Below the pieces are notes generated by a model. The model searched no databases and was not told the DNA's origin. It saw only the letters and a list, made by a program, of their open reading frames with translations. From the NCBI GenBank assembly GCA_027923505.1, contig BROI01000001.1, positions 868,001 to 932,000 of the forward strand: DNA of 64,000 nucleotides. Reading direction: 5' to 3'. Of the stretch, positions 1 to 9,443 are shown piece by piece. This DNA comes from Mayamaea pseudoterrestris (Eukaryota). The stretch's first letter is position 1, and the number at the start of each line of letters is the position of its first letter. The position numbers were made by a program, and so were the translations under genes.

Positions 1-1112
1 ACCAGAATGGGGTCCAATGGTAAATCCTGATCGGCAGCAGCAGTATCCATCGGAGCTGTCAACGCCGCCGCCCACGATGCATCTGTTGGAAACGGCCTCG
101 CGGCTCCTGGAGTTGCTTCATCCCGCGTTCGAATGGACCTCCACAATGCCAGCATCAGCGAAACTCTTCGACAGTTACTACTTTCATCGACGTTATTAGC
201 ATGACAATTCTTTGACGCTTCCAATACATTTCCCGGAACAACACAATGCAGCACTCGTCCATCCACGTGCAATACACGATTGGTGCGAGCATGCAGCAGC
301 CAACCCTTGTCGGCCGCCTGTCGCGAGACAAGGCGCTGGTTGGTAATTAGAGTTGGACCGCCATGACTTGTCAAGTATATGATGGAAGTGGTCAATGGAT
401 GTTTAATGACTGCATCGGCTCCCTCATTGTCCGAGTCAAAATGAAGCTGATGGCCCGTGGCAATGGGGCGGTTGTGTGCCCAAAGTTCCAAATACTTGGC
501 TTGCTTGGCAGCTGATGGTTGAAAGACTGCAATTTGAGCGAGAATCTTTTGCACGATGCTACCCAGTAAAGTATTTGGAAAAAGCAATGGACTATCCAGT
601 GGCAAAACATACGAATAGTATGGACTAGGCGGCTCGACTTGGTAATTGTGCGTCGTCCAATACGGAGCTTGCGGATTGAGATAGACGTGATGGAGCCCCT
701 GCAGCTGTGACGGCGATAGAAAGTCATCAAAGCCGCAACAAGGCACCATAGTGGACGTTCGGCTCGTCGCCCTTTCCATCTGTGAGTTAGTCGCCAGTTG
801 ATACCCAAGAATTTGTCGCGAAAGTCGACAGACGAAGCCGAGCGACTCCAAAATAGCATCAGCCTTGCGAATGGATTCATCATTGCCATTTTGAATCAGC
901 AGCAGCGCTAAACGTTCGCTAGCAACCACTCTTTCCTCTGTAGATGATTCTGGATCTTTGTAGATGTGTTCAAAGACGTTTCGAACGTCTTGCAATTGTT
1001 GCGCAACGACCAGGGCATCATCGCGAGGATCCAATCCAAGCCAGCGCCTTCGCGCCTCCTCGAGTCGTAATTTTCTCGACGTATTTTTGTCATTCATCAT
1101 TTTGAAGCTCAT
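1..1112 (-). CDS. Fe(II)/2-oxoglutarate-dependent dioxygenase-like protein, 3' end outside the window (absent from the ORF track)
   Basis: Manual translation from the ATG at 1112 is open to the window edge: MSFKMMNDKNTSRK...ELWAHNRPIATGHQLHFDSDNEG...HPLTTSIIYLT...GGPTLIT...DGRVLHCVVPG...RRVSLMLALW. This has the HxD...H...R pattern of 2OG-Fe(II) oxygenases. Confidence 0.75.
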   Translation of the reverse strand, partial: MSFKMMNDKNTSRKLRLEEARRRWLGLDPRDDALVVAQQLQDVRNVFEHIYKDPESSTEERVVASERLALLLIQNGNDESIRKADAILESLGFVCRLSRQILGYQLATNSQMERATSRTSTMVPCCGFDDFLSPSQLQGLHHVYLNPQAPYWTTHNYQVEPPSPYYSYVLPLDSPLLFPNTLLGSIVQKILAQIAVFQPSAAKQAKYLELWAHNRPIATGHQLHFDSDNEGADAVIKHPLTTSIIYLTSHGGPTLITNQRLVSRQAADKGWLLHARTNRVLHVDGRVLHCVVPGNVLEASKNCHANNVDESSNCRRVSLMLALWRSIRTRDEATPGAARPFPTDASWAAALTAPMDTAAADQDLPLDPIL

Positions 1113-1314
1113 GTGCAGCCACCGGTAGTGGAAAATGGTATACTGCTACAAACGGTGTCGCTACTTGGAACGATGCATTCGACTTGCAATTGTTCTTCGA
1201 CATTTTTTTCGTGGCGCTCAATCCGCTTCTCATTTTCGGCAAGGTTATGAGCGCATCATTCGAACGCTTTCGCGCATCCAAAGTTTGCCCTCACATTTTG
1301 CTGCATCCCTCACC

Positions 1315-2034
1315 ATGAGACGTTTGGCAGTTTCCATGACGAAAAGGCTTGCGTCGAACCGGCACAAATGCTCAAGGCATATTGCTGTAGCTGCGATTGA
1401 TCGAAGGATTTTCATCAATGACGCGAAGCCTTGCAAAATTGGCTTCTGGCGCATGTCGTCGACACTGACTGCTTCCGAAACGACCATTTCTCTCAAAGAC
1501 ATACAACAAGCCAACTTGCGACACGAGGGTCAAATACAAATTCGAGAGACTATAAACAAGGGATGGGGTGTCTTTTCGTTACAAAAGTTTCAAAGAGGCG
1601 ACCTCGTCTTGCGAGCCAAAGGCTTACAGACGTTTACACATGCCAATTCGCACACTATTCAAACCAATTGGCATACTCATGTCATTATGAATCTACCATG
1701 CTTGCTCCTCAACCATGTTTGCAATAGCGCCAATTTGGTAGCTCGCCGGAACGTTGACGGTGCCTACGACTTTTATGCGCATTCCGACATTGTTCCAAGC
1801 GACGAATTCACCTTTGACTACGAAACCACCGAGTACGAGCTGCAGAGTGCGTTTGACTGCCATTGCGGCGATGAAGATTGCCGCAAGCGACTAAAGGGAT
1901 TCAAGTATCATGGTGAAGATGTTTTGCGAGTGTTTGGAAGAGAATATGTCGCGCAATATCTACTGCAAGGCGACAATGACGACGATGAAGCACACGAACA
2001 TGCAACGACCGACGCGGCGGCAGCGCATGGCTAA
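1315..2034 (+). CDS. Small SET + post-SET domain methyltransferase with a possible mitochondrial presequence
   Basis: Motifs KGWGVFS, LLNHVC, DIVPSDEFTFDY and post-SET FDCHCGDEDCR. The ATG at 1315 (CACCATG context) is preferred over the track start at 1135; 1453 is an alternative. Confidence 0.8.
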   Translation: MRRLAVSMTKRLASNRHKCSRHIAVAAIDRRIFINDAKPCKIGFWRMSSTLTASETTISLKDIQQANLRHEGQIQIRETINKGWGVFSLQKFQRGDLVLRAKGLQTFTHANSHTIQTNWHTHVIMNLPCLLLNHVCNSANLVARRNVDGAYDFYAHSDIVPSDEFTFDYETTEYELQSAFDCHCGDEDCRKRLKGFKYHGEDVLRVFGREYVAQYLLQGDNDDDEAHEHATTDAAAAHG

Positions 2035-2194
2035 CAATGTAACAAGCATGCTGCCTTGTGCAAATGCAGATGTATACGCATAGACTATCGCTAGTAATTC
2101 ATTTTTTGGTTATCAGTTGTATATGGAACATGCAGTTTGTCGATCCTTGTTTTCACTCGCACTGCGGACCGTCATCGTCGAAATTCCCTTGCAA

Positions 2195-2755
2195 TCAGTC
2201 TCCTTGGCCCGACAACGACAAACCTTCTTCGTTGCCAGTAGCAATAGGATTCGACGTGCCGAGCCAGCTAGTATCGTCTTGCTCCGCATTTGCCGCTCGC
2301 ATCGAATGAACAAAGACGCCAATGACAATAATGACTGGAACGATGCAGCAGAGAAAGATTGAGCCAATCACTGTCCAGGTCAAGCTCTTGGTTGGACAAG
2401 AAACTTTTGGAGCTAGGACAGTCGTCGTGGCCGACTCCATCTTGTCGTCGTCGCGGCTTGCGGCAACATGGCCGCTCGTATAAACTTCCATGTCGACGCC
2501 GGAAGGAGGCGGAACGAAATATGATTCGGTCGGCCTGCGAGCGTGATTGACGGATGAAGAGGAAGTAAATACTGGACTGGTTTGAGAAAAAATGGGAGAG
2601 GTGGCCATGCTCATTTCTTCGTCGTCATTTTCGAGCGGAATCAGCAAGTCGCTCATCGTCACGATTGGAGACTCGAGGATTTCATCGTATGGAGCAAGGC
2701 TCCGTTCATCGCTGATCATGTCGCTAGCACTCAGTGAAGGGTCTTCGGACATCAT
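2195..2755 (-). CDS. Single-pass membrane protein, Cys-Cys TM family, copy 1
   Basis: Acidic/Ser-rich N-terminus followed by the hydrophobic segment VIGSIFLCCIVPVIIVIGVFV; similar to three neighbouring genes. Confidence 0.65.
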   Translation of the reverse strand: MMSEDPSLSASDMISDERSLAPYDEILESPIVTMSDLLIPLENDDEEMSMATSPIFSQTSPVFTSSSSVNHARRPTESYFVPPPSGVDMEVYTSGHVAASRDDDKMESATTTVLAPKVSCPTKSLTWTVIGSIFLCCIVPVIIVIGVFVHSMRAANAEQDDTSWLGTSNPIATGNEEGLSLSGQGD

Positions 2756-3472
2756 CTTGATAGTTTAATTGTACTTTAGTAATTACAAGAGACCGCGGCA
2801 AGGCCAATCAATGACAAGGAGTGATTGATGCGAATCTGCTCGTCAATTTTGTGCGACGTTTTTATCGCGACGAAAGCTAAGTACCGCTAAGACAGTGTTT
2901 GTCATCGAACTTCGCGACTCGACGCCGACCGCCGACCGCCGACCGCCATGGCATCGTTAAAAATCAGCTCCATGTGATACACTTAAATGAGTGCGTGGCA
3001 ATTTTATTCGATATTTGAGACCTACTAAAGCATCAGACGATACGTGCCCAGTCTTGGTCGATTTGAGACCGTATTTTGTCCTGTAAGGGGCCCACGAAAA
3101 TGCGTCTGCTTGTCGGAACGAGTGCTCACAGTCAATATGACGACGAGCAAAAGCCATAATTACAATACAATCCGCGCCAGACATCGGCCATGATTCAAGT
3201 TGTATTGAAAAGTTGCTTGCGTGTGTGGATGTTATTTAGTCCATGTCGCTAGATTATGGCCATCGTCCAAGCCATAAGCAGGTCGAACGACAAAGACGAC
3301 GCTTATACCGTAGCGACTACTGTATCATAAGTACGCCTACAGAAACATCAATAAGCATCGAATATATACTAATTATTAGAAATAGGCCTTCAAGGGAAGA
3401 GTAGCTCCTGCCGTAGCTGAGACGAGATAGCATGCTGCCGACCAAACCATGCAATGCAAACCAATGCTGCAC

Positions 3473-3922
3473 CTATTCGTCTCGCGAAACTTGCGCGTAC
3501 CAGACGATAAGGATTGGAATAATAACTGGAACAGTGCAACAGAAGAAGACACACAAAATAATTGGCAAGACGACACTCTCCGCCGTGCTGGCGCGACTGA
3601 AAGAAGCTGGCGCCTGTTCGGGAAGGTGCTCTTTCTTGCGGAACGTGGGTTCCTTTACTTTCTCCGACTTGCACTCCAAGTCTTCGTCGCCAACATCGAG
3701 AGGATTCCAATTACTCGAGACATAGGAGACAGCGTCAGGTGCAGTCTCCTCATCGTCACTACTGCTGCTGCTATTGCTGAAGAATGTTCGAGTTGGCGGC
3801 ATGGTCATGAAGGAAGGAAATGGAAATGGTGTCGTCGGGCACTCGTCGTCTTCCGTATCCGAGTCGGACTTGACGGCAGCGCGACCGTCGTAGCTGGAGG
3901 AAGAGGACGTCAAGAAGGACAT
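3473..3922 (-). CDS. Single-pass membrane protein, Cys-Cys TM family, copy 2
   Basis: Likely start MSFLTSSSS at 3922; TM segment VVLPIILCVFFCCTVPVIIPILIVWY near the C-terminus. Confidence 0.6.
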   Translation of the reverse strand: MSFLTSSSSSYDGRAAVKSDSDTEDDECPTTPFPFPSFMTMPPTRTFFSNSSSSSDDEETAPDAVSYVSSNWNPLDVGDEDLECKSEKVKEPTFRKKEHLPEQAPASFSRASTAESVVLPIILCVFFCCTVPVIIPILIVWYAQVSRDE

Positions 3923-4448
3923 TGTTGCGATGAGAGGGCTTTGCTGCTTTATAACGATGACGCCGACAGCAATCATGCCATGGTGCAATGACAATTCATG
4001 AAACGATTTTAGGGCGCACGCGTCGCATCGAAACGAGTTTTAGCTATTTCACTCAAAACGATGTCGCATTCTAAGCTCATTGCTTTGCTGTACTCTTCTA
4101 GCATCCGAAGTAAATATCATAGCTTACACGAGGATAAAATCAAAACATCGAGCTAGAGTTAACTTGAATGCAAAAACGTGATGTAATGTTGCGATTGATG
4201 AGCCATGGTGCCGCTATAAGCGCAGTTGTAATACGTTGACCGCGAAGAGATGAATAGCACATTGCCAGTATGTGCTCATGGCAAGTTGTCCTTGTAATGT
4301 TGCTCAATGTCTGCTTGTGTCTCGCCGATAGCTGGTGCGTCTCCACTATTTTCGAGTATATCTAACGCTGTGCATCCACTCGCGCCAACCAGAAAGATTG
4401 CAAATGTTGCTGTTCGATGAGAGCCTCTTGCATTACCCAGCGGCCTAC

Positions 4449-5033
4449 CTATAGATGAAGATTGCTTCCTGAAAGGCCATCCGTCACCTTCAAGCCACTA
4501 CTTTCAAAGCCGTCATCCAGAAATCGCATGAAATCGTCATCATGAGCATGCTGGGCATGCTTCGCCGTTTCCTCGTCGTACAAGCCAAGCGCCAATAATG
4601 GAACCGCAGCGACGCAAAGCAAGCAGAGGATGCAGCCAATGTTGACACCTCGAGGCTCCGGTTCACCAGCGTGTTGACGACGACGATACTGCGCTGCGAT
4701 GACTTCGAGAATCGATTTTCTATGCGTTGGCGAGTCTTGCTGGCTTATACTGTCTTCTGGTTGCTGGCTTATACTGTTTTCTGATGGCTGCTGCTGGTCT
4801 TGCTGTTGTGGCTGCTCTGATTCAGTCGAAGTGGAGGGAGGAAGAGGAGTCGCAGTTGATGCGATTGATTCTATGTCGTCGCCGATCAATTGCTGCGTGA
4901 ACAAGTCATTCGATGGGCTTGTCGCGATTGACACTTCCTCGATCGCCTCAGTCCCATACTCTACCGACAAATTGCTGGCTGCGGCATGGCTGCAGTCCAT
5001 GATTGTTGCATTTTTGGAGGAAAGATCCGTCAT
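4449..5033 (-). CDS. Single-pass membrane protein, Cys-rich TM family, copy 3
   Basis: Likely start MTDLSSKN at 5033; S/Q-rich N-terminus, TM segment IGCILCLLCVAAVPLLALGLY, tail DDDFM...DDGF. Confidence 0.6.
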   Translation of the reverse strand: MTDLSSKNATIMDCSHAAASNLSVEYGTEAIEEVSIATSPSNDLFTQQLIGDDIESIASTATPLPPSTSTESEQPQQQDQQQPSENSISQQPEDSISQQDSPTHRKSILEVIAAQYRRRQHAGEPEPRGVNIGCILCLLCVAAVPLLALGLYDEETAKHAQHAHDDDFMRFLDDGFESSGLKVTDGLSGSNLHL

Positions 5034-5444
5034 GGTGCGCGATGCGCGATGGCTGAATCTTGGAAACAGGTGCGAAGAATGAGGCGGCCTCCAAAGCAAC
5101 AGACAACTGAAATCACGGTTCCAGCGGCAAAGGATCAGTTCGAGCGGAAAGAGGCTAGAAGTCACTCAGGTCAACTGTAACTGACAATCGAGGATCCTTG
5201 TGCTTTTGTTGTTGCTTGTTTGATTTGTTGCTGCAGAAGGGTTGTCAAAACCGAACCTCGAGCTCGAGCACGCATCCGCACGCGCCAGCTTATTGCGCAA
5301 TGCCTGAGCGACATGATCTTTCATGATGGCATTCCATGCTTCCATTATTTGTTTGGTGAAAACTCCCATGCTGCTTGGCGCATGGTATCTCGCTTCACTT
5401 TACTTTAGCTACACAACATATACAAGTGCAAGTGCAATACCAAG

Positions 5445-5712
5445 CACGAAAGAGGATGTATACCCTCTGTTAATGGTTAGAGGTTAGAGTCAGACAGAAG
5501 CGAAGGAATTATTAGATGGATGCCCGACAATGGAGGCGTTGCGGAAGGCAGATGAAGCGGGACACTCCACAAGTTTCAAACTATCGGGCTAGAAGACCAA
5601 GCAAGGATTGACAAGGATTATCAAGGTTTACGATGATGGCGTACTGATGGCTTCGGATCGACCGCCACTTGCTCGTTTGCCAACAGACTTTGAGGATCTT
5701 CTCAATGTTTGA
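5445..5712 (+). pseudogene. Possible decayed coding fragment
   Basis: Protein-like segments STKEDVYPLLMVRG*SQTEAKELLDGCPTMEALRKADEAG and HKFQTIGLEDQARIDK / IIKVYDDGVLM lie in shifting frames with stops. Confidence 0.25.
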
Positions 5713-5992
5713 TGCCGGTAGTGGCTATGGGAAAGGGGCGTAAAGTGTTTATGCTATATGGTGGCTCCTTTTCGCTTGTTTATTATCGCCCGATCAATAC
5801 ACTTGCAGAGTAGCTACGTATGACATAAGCGTTATCATGTTTGTCTAATCTATTAGAGTAAAGCAGAAGCGACAGAAACCTTGGCTCTTAGGCTCTTAGT
5901 TCTCGCAAAGGCTTGCCGTATCAAAAGCATCACCAGGAATTCTGTAATATCTAGCATACCGTCCGGTACTACCGATAAATGACTGTTCTTTA

Positions 5993-6694
5993 TCATCTTG
6001 TTCCATTATAGTAGAGAAACCCGTCGTCATGCATCGTTTGCGTCATATTGTCATTCATGTACATTAAATCATCGTCCCACGACGAGACGGGATTTTCAGC
6101 CGTCTGCTGACTCTGCCGAAAGGCTCCCAATACGATAATGAGTGGAAGAATGCAGCAAAGGCAAAATACAATGGCCGCGGTTGCCGCAAGGCTTCCGCAG
6201 ATAATGCAGCCAGTCCTGCGGTGGCGACGTCCAGCGCTTGCCGGTGGCGGCGGCGCTGGATATTGATGCGTCGTGGTAATGGTTGTCACGTGTGGAGTCG
6301 GCGAACTAGTAGCTGCTGCTGCGTCCGAGGAAGAATATCCTGATGCTGTATTTGGTTGAAACTGCTCCGGTGTCGTCATTGATGAATGATGCATTGGCCC
6401 AAGACTCGCAGAACCAACGGTGGGCGTCGCCGTTGGCATTAGACTATTGGCAAAGGTAGGTGGTCCATGAACTGCTCCATGCGATGGCGCATACCTCAGA
6501 TCCTCCTCCTCGCCAGCCAATGGAAACGCCGTAGCGACGGGCAAGTCGTCTTGGTTGCGGCCATTGTTGTCCTCGTCTGTGGCAACTGCAGCCGTTGGAA
6601 GGTACTCGGGCGAGACGGCATATTCGGCGTCGTAATTTGCTCGGTTTGTAGAGTTCGAGTTGCCCTTGTTGTTACTGCTGGATGGAAATGTCAT
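5993..6694 (-). CDS. Single-pass membrane protein, Cys-Cys TM family, copy 4
   Basis: P/T/S-rich N-terminus, basic RRHRR, TM segment GCIICGSLAATAAIVFCLCCILPLIIVLGAF, tail DDDLM...DDGF. Confidence 0.65.
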   Translation of the reverse strand: MTFPSSSNNKGNSNSTNRANYDAEYAVSPEYLPTAAVATDEDNNGRNQDDLPVATAFPLAGEEEDLRYAPSHGAVHGPPTFANSLMPTATPTVGSASLGPMHHSSMTTPEQFQPNTASGYSSSDAAAATSSPTPHVTTITTTHQYPAPPPPASAGRRHRRTGCIICGSLAATAAIVFCLCCILPLIIVLGAFRQSQQTAENPVSSWDDDLMYMNDNMTQTMHDDGFLYYNGTR

Positions 6695-7151
6695 GCTTGA
6701 AAATGTTAGCGTGACAATGGATTGAATGGAGGGACAAATCTGGGATCAAATCTGGGTGGACGGGTCATCATCGTGGTGCAAGTCTCTTGCTCGTTCGGAA
6801 GAACGCATCGCATCGTGTCGCACAGGTTCTAAGAAGCATTAAGAAAGCACAGCCGCCATTTCCAAGATGGATATCACGCTCCGCCCGTTTCAAGAAGCCG
6901 TGGGCCACTTCGCTCCACAAAACCCTTCTCTCCTCGTGTATATATCCACGCTAAACACCTTGTTCGCTCTCGTTCTAGACCTTTTGTTTGCACTTGTTTC
7001 GCAATCAATCAACAAAACGCAGCAGTGACAAGAAACAATTTCTCTGATTGAACTACTAAGCTCCGTTCGCACACGAACCTTTTTTGGATTTAGCAGCAGC
7101 GCAGCAACAGCGTCTGCATACACGCAGCAACTTATTATTAGCACGAGCACC

Positions 7152-8777
7152 ATGAGCGACTTGCCCAATATTTTTTCGTTGGAAACGCCGCGCGTCTCTC
7201 GATTCTTTCGCGGCGTGGACGAGAACGGCAAGCCATACGAAGGCTGGTTCGACGGAACCGTTGTCAAGTACGAACATGAATTATATCGAGTGGAGTATGA
7301 CGACGGCGACGCGGAGGATATGGACTTGCTGGAAGTTTTGGAGGCGGCTGCTTATTACTATGTTCCGTCTTCGCGACCGCAAATGATTTCGTCGAGGCGC
7401 CGGGGACGTCCGAAGAAAGTGAACATGGTGTCGGAGGATGACAATGTCAAGACAGTCGCGAAGCGAAAGCGTAAACTGGAGGCAGGCGCGTCGAAAACAA
7501 GCAAAAGCAAAAACACTGCTGATCAAGAAGACGTCACGCTGGATGATGATGACGATAGTGACATGGAAGATGCTGATACAGACGCGAAACAAGGCCGCGC
7601 CAGCCGTTCCAAGGCCGCGAAAACGCAGACAATTCGGCGCAACGTTCGAAAGGGCAAGATTAAGGTAGACGATGACACCTCTGGCATGGACACTGATGGA
7701 ATTGAAGACGAAGACAATGACGAAGAAGCCAGCCAGGGCTCTCTTGATAGCAATATCGTCAAGGAAATTTTGGAAGACTCTGACGAATTGAACTTGGAGG
7801 AGGAACATGAATCCGAGGATGAAGACTGGCACAAGGCAACGGCACCAAGGAAGACTCCAACAAAGCGTCAAAAGCCAAAGGATGCTGCCAGCCCAAGCAA
7901 GGGAAAGGCTAGTTCAGATAGAAAGGCTAACGCCAAGGAGCTTGACGATTACACCGATTCGGACGATGACGAATGGTTTGAGAAAAATTTGCCAAGTTTA
8001 AAAAGCCCTCTCGGCAAACGTCAAAAGTCGACAGCAGCCAGCTCGAACAAAAAGAGTGCTTCCAAGGATTCTGCGGATGCTTCAGCGGACGATGAAGATT
8101 GGCTAGAGGCACACGGGCCTGGTAAACACACCCCAACGAAACGTCAAATGGCAATGGAAGCAGCCGCCAGCCCACTTAAAAAGCTTGATGTTGAGGAAGC
8201 TGCCGCTGACTCGGCCGATGAGGCGAAAGAGTCAAGTAAAGACACATCTACGAAGCGGACCGAGTCGGACACAAAGGTGGGTGCCACGGAACCGGCGGCT
8301 GCCGCCGTTGCTTCAACCGATACTACTAGTGTTAAAGACGATAACACGAAAGAGCCGCCGGCAGCGGCTGCTGTTGCGATAACTGTAGGAATGGAAGTTG
8401 TCGAGTCGCAAATGGCATCATTTGTCGGCGAAGAGGCACCATTAAAAAACGATCCCGTTCTTGACGAAGGATGGATTCGTTTACGAACTGAAGTCAAGAG
8501 CCATGATTTGCCCAAGAAACTTCCAGACATTTTGCTTTTGATGGACGAATTTTTCCCGGGAAATTCGTATCACGAAAAGCTTTGGACTGCGCCCACTGGC
8601 ACGTATCAAGGCACCAATGTATCGGGGAAGCGCACGCGTGACCGCCTCCGCAAGCTCCAAGATGACGGCCATGCCGGAGTTGCCTGGCACGGAAAAAGCC
8701 AGGAATGGGTGCCGCAGACAAAGCGGGATCTTGAGGCATTCTTTCAAGTGTTGATGGATCTTGCCGCGTCGTGTTGA
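7152..8777 (+). CDS. Tudor-like domain protein with an acidic/basic disordered linker and an unrecognised C-terminal domain, paralog 1
   Basis: N-terminal VSRFF..WFDGTVVKY..YRVEYDDGDAEDM is Tudor-like. AT-hook-like RRRGRPKK follows. C-terminal GWIRLRTEV...PQTKRDLEAFF is shared with 9289..10185. Confidence 0.8.
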   Translation: MSDLPNIFSLETPRVSRFFRGVDENGKPYEGWFDGTVVKYEHELYRVEYDDGDAEDMDLLEVLEAAAYYYVPSSRPQMISSRRRGRPKKVNMVSEDDNVKTVAKRKRKLEAGASKTSKSKNTADQEDVTLDDDDDSDMEDADTDAKQGRASRSKAAKTQTIRRNVRKGKIKVDDDTSGMDTDGIEDEDNDEEASQGSLDSNIVKEILEDSDELNLEEEHESEDEDWHKATAPRKTPTKRQKPKDAASPSKGKASSDRKANAKELDDYTDSDDDEWFEKNLPSLKSPLGKRQKSTAASSNKKSASKDSADASADDEDWLEAHGPGKHTPTKRQMAMEAAASPLKKLDVEEAAADSADEAKESSKDTSTKRTESDTKVGATEPAAAAVASTDTTSVKDDNTKEPPAAAAVAITVGMEVVESQMASFVGEEAPLKNDPVLDEGWIRLRTEVKSHDLPKKLPDILLLMDEFFPGNSYHEKLWTAPTGTYQGTNVSGKRTRDRLRKLQDDGHAGVAWHGKSQEWVPQTKRDLEAFFQVLMDLAASC

Positions 8778-9075
8778 TTGGATGTTTTGGGAGTCTTTTG
8801 GGTGTTCGATTTCCAGCTGCATTTGTCAGCACTTTCGAATGGCAGTAACATGAACCAATACGTTGTTTATTTACACTTACTATATGTGTTGTTAGACCAT
8901 AAAACATTTCTTGAGGTTGATTGACGATGCTTAGCTATTCGTCCCGCAAAACCGCGCGCCGGTGAGGTGTGTGACAACCGGCATGCCGGCTTGCGCGCAG
9001 ATTTGATGCGGATGCAGATTGATTTTGATGAAGATCTTTCGTTTGACTTTCGTGTGAGAGGACAACAGCAACAAT

Positions 9076-9443
9076 TTATCCCCTCTTGATTACCAATCCA
9101 GAGCATGAGCGTCGTGACCGATATTTTTAGCTGCAGAACACCCCGTGTCTCTCGTTACTTTCGAGGAACGCACGCTGATGGAACACCTTACGATGACTGG
9201 TTCAATGGAACGGTTGCGAGCTTCAATAGCCAGCAAGGCTTGTATCTGATTCGCTATGATTATCCCCTCTTGATTACCAATCCAGAGCATGAGCGTCGTG
9301 ACCGATATTTTTAGCTGCAGAACACCCCGTGTCTCTCGTTACTTTCGAGGAACGCACGCTGATGGAACACCTTACGATGACTGGTTCAATGGAACGGTTG
9401 CGAGCTTCAATAGCCAGCAAGGCTTGTACCTGATTCGCTATGA
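9076..9443 (+). repeat. 184-bp direct tandem duplication (9076-9259 and 9260-9443)
   Basis: Both copies run from TTATCCCCTCTTGATTACC to GATTCGCTATGA; I see one mismatch (T9245 vs C9429, synonymous Tyr). Confidence 0.95.

Noticed and set aside
392..1281. Track ORFs 392..889, 908..1093 and 1090..1281
   Set aside because: They are off-frame shadows of the real minus-strand ORF starting at 1112.
2924..2947. (GCCGACC)x3 microrepeat and the nearby ATTTGAGACC direct repeat
   Set aside because: Too short, with no spacer structure or TIR/TSD evidence; not a CRISPR array or a supportable transposon end.
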